Below, piece by piece: positions 50,819 through 60,568 of a stretch of DNA of 64,000 nt. This DNA is from Planctomycetota bacterium (GTDB lineage Bacteria > Planctomycetota > Brocadiia > CAIUPP01), in assembly GCA_022705425.1 (NCBI GenBank), contig JAKJEM010000008.1, forward strand, positions 24,980 through 88,979, read 5' to 3'. Below the pieces are notes generated by a model that made no database searches, was not told where the DNA came from, and saw only the letters and a list, made by a program, of their open reading frames with translations. The position numbers were made by a program, and so were the translations under genes. Every line of letters starts with the position of its first letter. The stretch's first letter is position 1.

Positions 50819-52715
50819 CGTGTCCCGCCTGTGGAATGCTCCGGGCCGAACCGGGCTGCTCTTTCCGCCTGCGGCCAGCCTGAGAGAAATCGAGCGCCTT
50901 GAAACCCACTCGAACCGCCGGCGATCCCTCCCGCAAGCGGAAGTCGCACTTCGCTGCGTCCGCAAAGCCGGGATCGGATGCCAGGAACCCCCCTTTCAAT
51001 GCGGGAAGTTCCCCTTGCCCGCGCACGAACTCCCTCACCCCCGGCACACCACCCCAGAAAAGATTGTCGTCCAGATGTGCGCCGCCGGGTTCACGCACCA
51101 CGATGCCGGACGAAGGGCCATAGAAGATGCAGCCCTGCACGAGGGTGTCGGTCGAGCGCGCAAAGGAAATGGTGTTCCCCGGCTCGCAGATGAAGATGCT
51201 GTTGCGAATGACGTTACGCCTGGTCATATGAAGATGAAGGGGATAGCGCCCGATGGCATAGACGAGGTTGTCCTCGCACAGGCAGTCCTCCGTCTGCTCA
51301 TCGAGATAGAGCCCCATCGAGTACCCCGCGCGCCCCGCGGAGTTGTGGAGCACATTGCCCCGGATGAGGCTTCGCCGTTCCCCGGTGACGTAGATCGGGC
51401 CGCCATCGCCCAACTCCTTCATCGTGTTCCAGACTCGATTCTGCTCGATAACGTTCTCGCAGGGTTCTGTCCCCTTCCAGTCCGCGGCCGTAATGCCGCA
51501 GTAAGGCGTATCGTGGACCTCGTTGCGGGCGATCAGACTCCGGCGGAAACGTTGCGTCTGAATTCCCACCGCCGAGGGATAGACGAGCCCCACGTCCCAG
51601 ACGTGGTTGTCGAGTATTTCATTGCCGGGACGCCCGGAGAAGTAGATTCCATTTGCGCCGCAGCGGTTGATGTCGCAGTCGGCCACGCGGGAGTGCGACA
51701 CGGCCTCCAGGCGCAGCCCCTGCCCGCCGGCGCGCGACACCGCCAACCCCTCCAGCCGGCAGGCGTCAGCGTGTTCGAATTCGACGGCTCCCGCGTAGGG
51801 TTTCGCCCCCCAGCCCGGCGACCGGAGGGCGACATTCGTCAGGTCGAAGCCCAGGCCGCGCACGGTCACCCCGCACACGGGGGAGTCGGCGCTTCCGTGC
51901 ACCCTCAGCAACGTCATGAGCACCGGCGCCTCAACGACGCACTCCTCCATCCGTTCGCCGGGCAACGGCCAGTACACTACCCGCCCCGCCACGCGGTCCA
52001 GATACCACTGACCGGGCTGGAGCATCCCCTCCCGAACGTTGAGGACAACGTAACCCTTGACCCCGAATGCTCCGGGAGGATAGGTCAGCGGCGGGTCGAG
52101 AAGCAACGTGCGTGTGGCCGGATCATGGCTTGTCACCCGTGCTTGCGACTCGTCCCACGAGTGATAGACGACCACCTCCGCGTTCCCCGGCATCAACCCC
52201 GCCGGCAACTGCCCCTCAGGGTAGATCAGGCGGGAACGCAACTCCACCGTCGGTGGAGGCTGGAAGCCGCCCCCTGTGGTCGAAAGCCATGGCTGCTTGA
52301 ACTCGCAGGCGTGTTCAAGAACGCCCTCTTTCGGCAGGCGCGCGCGCGGACGGGCGGCACCGTTCACCCAGAGCTGCCGGAAATCCCACCGCCCCTCGCG
52401 CACCCCCGGCAGGTCCGCCGCTTGGAAGCGTCCATCCGGTCGCCAGGCCGTGATTCGGCGTCCGCCCACAAGAACCGCGCCCGAACCCCTCAAACACATC
52501 CCGGAATCGCGCGCGTCCAGTTCCAGGGGTTCGGCCAGGTCATAGCGTCCCGGAGCAAAGACAAGGATGCGCGCGTGAGCCCCGCCGCTCCGCGCATGAG
52601 CCCGGCACCGCGCCAGCCCTGCCGACGGCGAACGCAAAGGATCGTCGGCGTCACCGGAGGCATCGTCGCATCCCTCGGGTGAAACGTGTATGACAACCTC
52701 CGCCGCTCCGTCCAT
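50757..52715 (-). CDS. right-handed parallel beta-helix repeat protein (pectate-lyase-fold glycosidase/lyase-like), no signal peptide
   Basis: Repeated NxxGxxxxG / Gly-Asn-rich PbH1-like turns (CGANGIYFSG, HDTPYCGITAA, GGPIYVTGER, LYLDEQTEDCLCEDN). Start at the ATG with an AGGAG RBS. Its 3' end overlaps the next gene start by 62 bp. Confidence 0.55.
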   Translation of the reverse strand: MDGAAEVVIHVSPEGCDDASGDADDPLRSPSAGLARCRAHARSGGAHARILVFAPGRYDLAEPLELDARDSGMCLRGSGAVLVGGRRITAWRPDGRFQAADLPGVREGRWDFRQLWVNGAARPRARLPKEGVLEHACEFKQPWLSTTGGGFQPPPTVELRSRLIYPEGQLPAGLMPGNAEVVVYHSWDESQARVTSHDPATRTLLLDPPLTYPPGAFGVKGYVVLNVREGMLQPGQWYLDRVAGRVVYWPLPGERMEECVVEAPVLMTLLRVHGSADSPVCGVTVRGLGFDLTNVALRSPGWGAKPYAGAVEFEHADACRLEGLAVSRAGGQGLRLEAVSHSRVADCDINRCGANGIYFSGRPGNEILDNHVWDVGLVYPSAVGIQTQRFRRSLIARNEVHDTPYCGITAADWKGTEPCENVIEQNRVWNTMKELGDGGPIYVTGERRSLIRGNVLHNSAGRAGYSMGLYLDEQTEDCLCEDNLVYAIGRYPLHLHMTRRNVIRNSIFICEPGNTISFARSTDTLVQGCIFYGPSSGIVVREPGGAHLDDNLFWGGVPGVREFVRGQGELPALKGGFLASDPGFADAAKCDFRLREGSPAVRVGFKALDFSQAGRRRKEQPGSARSIPQAGHDGQSQCPGRCGGATSDSTPA

Positions 52716-52747
52716 CTCTGCGCCGCTCCTTTGCGGACGCCGGGGAT

Positions 52748-55700
52748 TCACCTGGCGTCGAGTCGCACCGTTCCCCCCGCAGCGGCCAGTTGGTCCGCAG
52801 TGACCCGGACCGTTCGCCCGTCGGGCAAGGCGACTTCAACGTCGCTGTCCGCCGTCAGTTCCCACTGCGCCGGAGCGTCCGCCGCGTCCACGCGCCGTAA
52901 CGAAGCAAAGACGCTTTGGCGCACCGTGTCTCCCGCGCCATATTCCCACAGGCGCAAGGCATTGGCCTTCCCGAAGGAGTCCCTTGTGATCGGAGCGCCG
53001 CTCAGTTGAAAACGACGATTGTCGAGATAATCCGCCCGCCAGAACTGCGTCCGATCATCGTTGCTGGCCACCCAGAGGCGGTCAATCCCCGGGCGCTGGG
53101 TCATCGTGATTCCCAGCGCGCACGTGACAATGCCCTTTTCCGTGTCCACCGACTCGACCTGCGCCCGATAGAAGTCGGCGCCGTTCTCCAGCGTCATCCT
53201 TGAACCGCCGCCGTCGGATTCGACTTTCAGGGCCGTTACCGAGGTCATGCGTCCGGGAAGGCCGATCTCAAGAACCTGAGCCGCCGTGGCGGGCCAACGC
53301 TTGTCAATCCAGATCGTCCGCCCCAGGTAATCGGCCCGAACCACCCTGGCCGTCCTCTCGCGCATCGGGAGGGACAAGCGCAGGCCGGGCGCCTCCAGGC
53401 GCGTGCCGCCCACCAACGTTGCCTGGCGCGGTCCGCGGGTGTCCTCCGAGTAGAAGGCGGACTCACCGGCAACCTGGAGCGTTGCGTCTCCCCGTGTTAC
53501 GCGGCGCAGGGTATCCGGACGCCCGTCGGCAAAGCAGACATCCGCGCGCCCGTCGGCCAGTTTCACTTCAACGGCCACCGCGCGCTCGGCGTCCGCCTCA
53601 TTCGCCGCGACATCCAGCGAGCGCACCGACGCAATAAACGGTTCGCCGCGATAGGGTTCGATGATTGCCGGGAAGGCGCTGGCCAGTTCGTCCGCCTCCG
53701 TCGTCTTTCGCACCATCAGGCAACTGAAGTCGTACTTCCACTGGATGCAGTCCAGATTCGCCTTCATGGCCGAAGCGCCCTTGACGCCCAGCAGATGCAG
53801 GCGCGTGTAGAAGGGCGGCAGCGAGGCGTTGAAGGTGGGCCCGAGCATGGCCGCTTCGCTGCCGGGCCGCTTGTCGCGATGCTGACGCCATGTGGCGGTC
53901 AGGGTCTCGGGGGCTGCGCCGGACAGCTTGCGTTCCGGCAGCCCGAAGCCGGCCAGGTACTGCGCCTCGGCACTCCCCTCCGCCGGGGCCGCCGCGCCCG
54001 GCACGTTCCATTGGAACTCGTCGTCCACAGGACCATGGAAGCAATAGGTGTGCGCGCGCCCGCCCCCCACGCGGAAGACGTCAAAGACATACACGTCCAG
54101 TGGCGTCACCCCCGCCGGCAACGCCTGGGGTGGGACTTGCATCGCAGGGGGCAGACTCTGGCCGCCGCGCCCCTCGCGCGCGTCAATCAGGGCGGTCTGA
54201 CGCCGGAAGATGCGCGCCTCGCCCGAGCCGACGCTGTCCGTGGACAGCCACCGCGCGCCCGGCGCGTCGGCGATGCCCTTCGCCCAGGTGTAGGTGAAGT
54301 TGTGTTTTCCATCCACCTCGACGACATTGTGCACGCGAGAGATCGAGTCGCCGGGTCGCGAGTATCCCCCCCGTTGCCCCCCGTCAATCGTCGCGGGAAG
54401 ACCGTGGCTGTGCACCTGAAGGTCGAGGCTGTCGCTGTGCTGGTGGCCGATCCCGAACCCAAGCCGCACATAGGCCGCCGCCCGGAGACGCCGGTCGTCA
54501 TGGGCCGTCCCCGTTTCGAGCACGCCGGCCCACATCGGCATGACTCGCGAGCGGTTGTCCAGCCACGGCGCGCGCTTGACGTCTTCGGCGGCCTTCTCAA
54601 TCGCGGTCCACTCGGCGTCCGACTCCTTGTCGCGCTTGAGGAAGTGCCGAATGATGAAGGCAAAGCGCGGGTCCTTCGTCCAGTTCCATCCGTTGCGGGC
54701 AAAGCCCAGGTCGCGCAGGGTGTGCCCCGGCGGCTTGTCCGGGCCGCAGACGTCGCCGATCCGCAGGAAATCGCCCCCCGCCACCACGTTCGCGATGCGC
54801 CAGTAGCACTGCGCCACAGGCTTCGGATAGACGGCGGCATTCGTCAGGTCATACTCCGGCGGCACCAGCCCCTGCGCCTTGATATCTCCAAGGCTGACCG
54901 CCACGCGTTCCGCCCCCTCCCCTTGTGCATAGTAGGTCGAACCGATGAACTCGCATCCGTCGCGGTCGCAACCGGTGATCATCAGGTCCTGTATCCCCGC
55001 CGGAGGCAGCGGATAGACAAAGGTCCGGCTGAAGAGCCAGTCCATCCACGGACGCGTTACCTCGCCGGCCCCCGCCACGACCGCGAGGTTGCCCAGGTCC
55101 ATCGGGTCGGTATAGTAGTGATAGCGCATGATGCGCTTCGCCACAGTCTGCACGAAGTAGGTGTCTATCAGCGCGATCACGTCCTGCGGCGTCTTGACCC
55201 ACGGGAGGTACCGTCCGATTGAGTCGGCCAGGCCCTGATCCGACCGGATGCTCTCGAAGAGCGTGTCGTACTTGTACATGATCGGATTGACGTACATGGG
55301 GTAGTGTGGCAGATAGAAGGCCACCGTCTCCCGGCGGCGGCAGCGGTACTCGCGTCCGTAGGGGCCGGGGTCGCGCACGGCAGCTTGCAGAAAGTTCGCG
55401 GTGTCAATCGTCGGGAAGGCGTAGGCGTAACGCGCCAGCGCCATCGCCGCGTCGCGGGCGGCGTTCGGATCGCCGGTCTGCCGCCAGCGATCCACGCTCG
55501 ACGTCGCCAGTGAGTAGTATTCGCGGATGCGCGACTGAACCTCCTCGGCGATCGGCGCGAAGACCCTGCCCTTTCCCTTCTCCTGGGGGTCGGGGAAGTA
55601 CAATCCCGCGCCATCGTCCTTCACCGGGTAGGGGTCCGGCAGCGGACGGCGCGCGGCAAGGTCGTCCATTGTGTAGCGCAACCCCATCTTCTTGTTCACC

Positions 55701-56803
55701 AGCAGCACACCCCGATGCGCCGGGTCCGTCAGGGGACCGGGGCGCGTCCAGGCGCCGTGCTCCTCGTTGAGTGCGGCAATCGTCTTGTCCGCTGTGCCGA
55801 GCGTCACGTTTGGACGGAAGACGTGCTCATCCCCTCCGGTGCTCAACATCGCCCCCTGCGCGTTCGGCGGGGGGAAGTTCTCCCAGATCGCCGCATCGCG
55901 GTCCAACCGCTGCTCCGGCGTGAGCGTCGTCGTCCGGCCCTTCCCCATCGGCTTCTGAGGCAGGTTGACCTGCGTCTTGATTGCGCGTCGCGTGTGCCCG
56001 GCCAGCACGTCATCAAGAGTGATGTTGTGAACCAGAAGGTCCACCCGGCTGCCCTGCCCCACCGTCACCTTCGCCCGGAAGGACCGGCGGTCCAGCGCGT
56101 AGAAGAAGACCTCGCCGATGCCATAGAACTCGTCCACATATCCCAGGCGCGTGCGGTAGAAGCTCTCCTCGCCATTGCGCCCGTCGTTCACCCGCGCCTC
56201 CAGAAACAGCGGCTCGCGGAAGGAACGTAACTGCTCCGTAGGCACGGCGCCGATGATGCGCAGGACGTAGAGCCCGCGCTCCAGCGTTCCCAGGTCAAGG
56301 TCAAAGACCGGCGCTCCGGGCCGGCAGCGGTACACCGGGACTGGGTTCATCCGGGCGCCGGTGTCCACGGGCGCGGCGTGGCGCGGCACCCAGTAAATCG
56401 GCGCCGCATAGCTCTCGATCGCAGAGGCTCCCGTTCCTGGAATTCGAGGCGCAACCCAGTTCTTCAACTGGCTCTGCCGGTCGTAGAGCGACCGCACCGG
56501 GCAGTACTTGAACCAATACGAGCGCCAGTGCTCCACCGAACCGGGGTAGAGATCCATTTCCGGCGGCTGGCCCTGCCCGCTGAATTCCACGTAGGTATTC
56601 CCCATGTCCTTCGCTTCTTTGCCCTTCGCCGCCAGTTCCGGGATGCAGCCGGGATACCCCGGCGGTTCTCCTCGCTGAGTCGGGAAGAGCGGCAAACGAA
56701 TTCCGGCCAGGGGTCCCCCGGACAGATACTCATCGGGTTCTGCCCCCCATGCGCTGAATGTCGAAAGGAATAGCCCCGCCAGGATAGCCACCGCTGTCTT
56801 CAT
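52748..56803 (-). CDS. very large (1351 aa) secreted heparinase II/III-family protein with additional N- and C-terminal regions
   Basis: Signal peptide MKTAVAILAGLFLSTFSAWGAEP. Central GFGIGHQHSDSLDLQVHSHGLPATIDGGQ matches the Hepar_II_III signature. Start chosen at the ATG with an AAGGAG RBS 6 nt upstream. Confidence 0.6.
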   Translation of the reverse strand: MKTAVAILAGLFLSTFSAWGAEPDEYLSGGPLAGIRLPLFPTQRGEPPGYPGCIPELAAKGKEAKDMGNTYVEFSGQGQPPEMDLYPGSVEHWRSYWFKYCPVRSLYDRQSQLKNWVAPRIPGTGASAIESYAAPIYWVPRHAAPVDTGARMNPVPVYRCRPGAPVFDLDLGTLERGLYVLRIIGAVPTEQLRSFREPLFLEARVNDGRNGEESFYRTRLGYVDEFYGIGEVFFYALDRRSFRAKVTVGQGSRVDLLVHNITLDDVLAGHTRRAIKTQVNLPQKPMGKGRTTTLTPEQRLDRDAAIWENFPPPNAQGAMLSTGGDEHVFRPNVTLGTADKTIAALNEEHGAWTRPGPLTDPAHRGVLLVNKKMGLRYTMDDLAARRPLPDPYPVKDDGAGLYFPDPQEKGKGRVFAPIAEEVQSRIREYYSLATSSVDRWRQTGDPNAARDAAMALARYAYAFPTIDTANFLQAAVRDPGPYGREYRCRRRETVAFYLPHYPMYVNPIMYKYDTLFESIRSDQGLADSIGRYLPWVKTPQDVIALIDTYFVQTVAKRIMRYHYYTDPMDLGNLAVVAGAGEVTRPWMDWLFSRTFVYPLPPAGIQDLMITGCDRDGCEFIGSTYYAQGEGAERVAVSLGDIKAQGLVPPEYDLTNAAVYPKPVAQCYWRIANVVAGGDFLRIGDVCGPDKPPGHTLRDLGFARNGWNWTKDPRFAFIIRHFLKRDKESDAEWTAIEKAAEDVKRAPWLDNRSRVMPMWAGVLETGTAHDDRRLRAAAYVRLGFGIGHQHSDSLDLQVHSHGLPATIDGGQRGGYSRPGDSISRVHNVVEVDGKHNFTYTWAKGIADAPGARWLSTDSVGSGEARIFRRQTALIDAREGRGGQSLPPAMQVPPQALPAGVTPLDVYVFDVFRVGGGRAHTYCFHGPVDDEFQWNVPGAAAPAEGSAEAQYLAGFGLPERKLSGAAPETLTATWRQHRDKRPGSEAAMLGPTFNASLPPFYTRLHLLGVKGASAMKANLDCIQWKYDFSCLMVRKTTEADELASAFPAIIEPYRGEPFIASVRSLDVAANEADAERAVAVEVKLADGRADVCFADGRPDTLRRVTRGDATLQVAGESAFYSEDTRGPRQATLVGGTRLEAPGLRLSLPMRERTARVVRADYLGRTIWIDKRWPATAAQVLEIGLPGRMTSVTALKVESDGGGSRMTLENGADFYRAQVESVDTEKGIVTCALGITMTQRPGIDRLWVASNDDRTQFWRADYLDNRRFQLSGAPITRDSFGKANALRLWEYGAGDTVRQSVFASLRRVDAADAPAQWELTADSDVEVALPDGRTVRVTADQLAAAGGTVRLDAR

Positions 56804-56867
56804 CGTGGTCTCCTTCATGTGCCCGGACACGCCTGCAACGCCAGAGGGTCATCCCCAGATGCTTCGG

Positions 56868-56896
56868 ACGATACCAGACCCTCCGCCCGCCGTCAA
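56868..56896 (-). promoter_or_regulatory. candidate sigma70-like promoter (TTGACG - 17 nt - TATCGT) upstream of the 1351-aa lyase-like gene
   Basis: Read on the minus strand in the 110-bp gap between the sulfatase stop and the large gene's start. Confidence 0.35.
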
Positions 56897-56913
56897 TGCG
56901 CCGGCGCGCCGGA

Positions 56914-58431
56914 TCACCACTGCCGCAAGCGCAGAGGAAGCGGGTCAATGTTCGCGTGCGTCCGTTGCGTCAGACGCCAGAGCATCTGCTCGCGGCGATC
57001 TCGGCACGCGGGTTCATGGAAGAGATTCACCGATTCATCGGGATCGTTCCGGAGATCGAACAACTGCCCCGCGTCATGGGAGTGCGCGGGGTAAACACTC
57101 AGCTTCCAGGACTCCGTGCGCAGAGTCAGGCAGGCGGCGTAAGGGCCGCTGCCACTCTCGAAGACCATCGGTTCCATCTCATGCATCTCGGAGTAGATGT
57201 CGCCTCGTCCGATTGAATCCCCGTTGTTCAAAGCGCTCGACCAGTCGCACCCCTGCACCCCCGGCGTCGCTGCAAGCCCAAGAATCCCGAGGACCGTGGG
57301 GTAGAGGTCAACCAGCTCCACGAGGCCGCCGATGCGTCGCGGAGAAACCCCCGGCACTCTCATGATCAGAGGCACCCGAAGCAATTCGTCATAGTGAAAG
57401 GACGGTTTGCGCAGAAGTCCGTGATTGCCCAGCATCTCGCCATGGTCGGCAACGAAGACGATGACAGTGTTCTCATACTGCCCGCTCCGCCGCAGTTCGT
57501 CGAGAAGACGCCCGACAGCGTCGTCTATCAGGGTGATGGACGCATAGTAGTGCTGCACGATCCGACGCTGGACCGACTCGGGATAGCGCGCGAACTCTCC
57601 GAGCGCGGAGGCGAGACGGTCGGGAACGTCCTTCATGGCGACGCCGCCCTTGAGCGCCGGCAAGGGAATGTCCTGCGACGAGTACCGCTCAATCACATCC
57701 TCCGGCGCTTCAAAGGGATGGTGCGGGGCGATGAAGGAACAGACGGTGAACCAGGGCGTTCCTCCCACACCGTCGCGCAGGAACTCCGCAGCCTGTGCGG
57801 CGATGAAGCGTGTCTGATGGAATTCCGATGGATAGGGCGACACAAAGAGGTCGCGCGGAGCGTTCGGCAGACCCTGCGGACGCGGCAAGCCCGCCAGCGT
57901 CGGCGCGCACCGACGCAACCATTCCTGAAAGAGCCCCTGGCACGCGTCATCGCAGCCGACGTGAATCTGGAAGCCGTAGTCCTGCTTGACCGGGTCCTCC
58001 GCAATCGGCGCCAGGGCGGCATCGCGGGCAAAACGACGCCAGTCCAGAATCGGCACGTCGGAATGGAGCTCCTGCTTTGTGTACTTCTCCGGAGTAAAGT
58101 GGATCTTTCCGAACGCGCCGGTGCGGTAGCCCGCCCTCGCCAACGCCTCCGCCAGCGTCGTCTCGGAGGGCGGCAGTATCCCCATCCCCCGCACCCGCAC
58201 CGCGCCGGGATAGCGTCCCGTAAAGAGCGATGCGCGCGAGGCCATACACACAGGGCTCTGGCAGAAGGCGTTCTCAAACACAACCCCCTCCGCGGCAAGA
58301 CGATTCAGGTGCGGCGTGCGAATAACCCGGTTGCCCATGCATCCCAGACACTGCGCCTGATGCTGGTCGGTCATCACCAGCAGAACATTGTGCCGCCCTC
58401 GCCCCGCGCCGCCGGAGTCGGTTGTTTCCAT
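56914..58431 (-). CDS. sulfatase (alkaline-phosphatase superfamily, formylglycine-dependent type), no signal peptide
   Basis: NVLLVMTDQHQ N-terminal block and CMASRASLFTGRYP, a C-x-A-x-R variant of the C-x-P-x-R formylglycine motif. Contains downstream sulfatase blocks (GKIHF-like, DHGEMLG). Start at the ATG with a GAGGAG RBS. Confidence 0.8.
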   Translation of the reverse strand: METTDSGGAGRGRHNVLLVMTDQHQAQCLGCMGNRVIRTPHLNRLAAEGVVFENAFCQSPVCMASRASLFTGRYPGAVRVRGMGILPPSETTLAEALARAGYRTGAFGKIHFTPEKYTKQELHSDVPILDWRRFARDAALAPIAEDPVKQDYGFQIHVGCDDACQGLFQEWLRRCAPTLAGLPRPQGLPNAPRDLFVSPYPSEFHQTRFIAAQAAEFLRDGVGGTPWFTVCSFIAPHHPFEAPEDVIERYSSQDIPLPALKGGVAMKDVPDRLASALGEFARYPESVQRRIVQHYYASITLIDDAVGRLLDELRRSGQYENTVIVFVADHGEMLGNHGLLRKPSFHYDELLRVPLIMRVPGVSPRRIGGLVELVDLYPTVLGILGLAATPGVQGCDWSSALNNGDSIGRGDIYSEMHEMEPMVFESGSGPYAACLTLRTESWKLSVYPAHSHDAGQLFDLRNDPDESVNLFHEPACRDRREQMLWRLTQRTHANIDPLPLRLRQW

Positions 58432-58617
58432 CGCCGTAAACTCCTCAGAACCTTGCGATGCTGCGCAGGAAGACTCCCCTCGTCGCCAGGGCCGCAGTTC
58501 GCCTGCGTCCGTTCGGGCTTCCGGCGCAACCTCACGGCATTCCAGCACATGACGCCGCGAGAAGCAAGGGCGCCCGCGCCCGCCCTCCGTTCTTCGCGGC
58601 GCGCATTCCAGAAGCGG

Positions 58618-58646
58618 TTGACCTCTCCCTGAGGACGACCTATCAT
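58618..58646 (+). promoter_or_regulatory. candidate sigma70-like promoter (TTGACC - 17 nt - TATCAT) for the FAD-dependent oxidoreductase gene
   Basis: Read from the sequence about 55 nt upstream of the ATG at 58700. A GGAG RBS is present (acGGAGcgaacATG). Confidence 0.4.
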
Positions 58647-58699
58647 TCACAAAGTCGCAGCCGCCCGTCCGGCGTTCTATCCCTCAACACGGAGCGAAC

Positions 58700-60466
58700 A
58701 TGTCCATTGCAGCAAGCCCCTTCCGGAAGATAACACACCGGGTTGACTTCTGCGTCGTCGGCGGTGGACTGGCCGGGCTGTGCGCCGCTGTGGCCGCCGC
58801 GCGGCACGGCGCACGCGTGGCACTGATGCACGACCGACCTGTTCCAGGGGGCAATGCCAGTTCCGAAATCCGCATGTGGGTCTGCGGCGCGCGCGGTCCC
58901 GATAACGCCGAAACCGGTCTCATCGAGGAGATCCTCCTCGACAACCTTCACCGCAATCCCCTCCGGAACTTCTCGATCTGGGACAGCCTGCTCTATGAAA
59001 AGGCCCGCTTGGAGCCGAACCTGACTTTGCTCCTGAACGCCTCCTGCCTGGACGCAACGATGGACGGCGAACGCATCCGTTCCGTGACCGGCTGGCAGAC
59101 CACTACCCAGACATGGCACACCGTCGAGGCGTCCCTCTTCGCGGACTGCTCCGGAGACAGTGTCCTTGCGCCTCTCACCGGAGCGGAGTTCCGCATCGGG
59201 CGCGAGGCCCGTCGCGAGTTCGGCGAAAGCATCCAGCCCGAAGAGGCCGACCGCCGGACCATGGGCATGAGCTGCCTGATACAACTGCGCGAAACGGACA
59301 GCCCGCAACCCTTCATCCCGCCCCCCTGGGCAAACACCTACCGCACCGACGACGACCTTCCCCAGCGCGCGCACGGCCTCCGTGACAACAACTTCTGGTG
59401 GATCGAACTTGGCGGCGAGCAGGATTCCATCCACGACACGGAGTCTCTCCGCGACGAGTTGCTCAAGGCTGCCTTCGGCATCTGCGACCACATCAAGAAC
59501 CGCGGCGACCACGGCGCGGAGAACTGGGCTCTCGACTGGGTCGGGTTCCTGCCCGGGAAACGCGAAAGCCGCCGCTATCTGGGCGACCACCTCCTCACGC
59601 AGAACGATGTCCGCGCCGAAGGAAGGTTCGACGACCTCGTGGCCTATGGCGGCTGGCCGATGGACGACCACCATCCCGGCGGCCTTCATTGGCGCGGCGT
59701 CCCCACCATCTTCCATCCGGCCCCGTCCCCGTTCGGCATCCCCTACCGCTGCCTCTACTCCCGCAACGTTGCGAACCTGTTCTTCGCCGGGCGCAACATC
59801 AGCGTCACCCACGCCGCCCTGAGCTCTACGCGCGTCATGGCCACCTGCGCCGTACTCGGCCAGGCCGTCGGCGTCGCTGCCGCCCTCGCCACGCGCTACG
59901 GAGTTCTCCCCCGCTCCCTTGGACGCGACCGACTCCCCGAGTTGCAGCAGGCTCTGATGGACGACGACTGCTACCTTCCCTGGCGCACACGCTCCGTTCC
60001 AGAACTGACCCGCCGCGCACGACTCACCGCCTCCGACGGCGATCCCGCCCCCCTGCGTAACGGACTCGACCGCCCCATCGGGGGCGCGGAGAACGCCTGG
60101 ACCGGCGGTATCGGGCATTCCTGGGTGCAGTATGAGTTCGACACTCCGGAGGCGATCCGCCGGCTTCGATTCGTCTTCGACAGCGACCTGAATCGCAACG
60201 GCCCCAAGGGCTCTTGCCGCCAGAACATCCCGTGTTTTCACCCTCTCCGTCCCGCCCCCCGTACGCTCCCCCCTTCCTTGGTTCGTTCCTTCCGCATCGA
60301 AGCGCGCCAGAACCACGGCGCGTGGCGCGAAGTCCTCCGAGTCGCGGAGAACGCCCAGCGTCTTGTCCGGTTGGAGACGGAAATCCGCGCGTGCGCCGTG
60401 CGTTTCATCGCGGAGTCCACCTGGGGCGCCCCAAGATTTCGAGTCTTTGCATGGGATATCGCGTAG
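58700..60466 (+). CDS. FAD-dependent oxidoreductase (FAD_oxidored-like family common in glycan-utilisation loci), cytoplasmic
   Basis: N-terminal Rossmann motif DFCVVGGGLAGLCAAVAAARHG...GG and a 588-aa length. No signal peptide. Confidence 0.7.
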   Translation: MSIAASPFRKITHRVDFCVVGGGLAGLCAAVAAARHGARVALMHDRPVPGGNASSEIRMWVCGARGPDNAETGLIEEILLDNLHRNPLRNFSIWDSLLYEKARLEPNLTLLLNASCLDATMDGERIRSVTGWQTTTQTWHTVEASLFADCSGDSVLAPLTGAEFRIGREARREFGESIQPEEADRRTMGMSCLIQLRETDSPQPFIPPPWANTYRTDDDLPQRAHGLRDNNFWWIELGGEQDSIHDTESLRDELLKAAFGICDHIKNRGDHGAENWALDWVGFLPGKRESRRYLGDHLLTQNDVRAEGRFDDLVAYGGWPMDDHHPGGLHWRGVPTIFHPAPSPFGIPYRCLYSRNVANLFFAGRNISVTHAALSSTRVMATCAVLGQAVGVAAALATRYGVLPRSLGRDRLPELQQALMDDDCYLPWRTRSVPELTRRARLTASDGDPAPLRNGLDRPIGGAENAWTGGIGHSWVQYEFDTPEAIRRLRFVFDSDLNRNGPKGSCRQNIPCFHPLRPAPRTLPPSLVRSFRIEARQNHGAWREVLRVAENAQRLVRLETEIRACAVRFIAESTWGAPRFRVFAWDIA

Positions 60467-60540
60467 GACGGTGCAGACGTGCCGTGCGCCGGGTCGGAAT
60501 CGCAACGATCTCCGGGGGTGCGGCGCGACAAAACCGATGC

Positions 60541-60568
60541 TTGACATGACGCAACACCGCGATATAAT
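60541..60568 (+). promoter_or_regulatory. near-consensus sigma70 promoter (TTGACA - 16 nt - TATAAT)
   Basis: cTTGACAtgacgcaacaccgcgaTATAATcagg read directly. The next plus-strand gene starts about 430 nt downstream at 61004. Confidence 0.5.
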
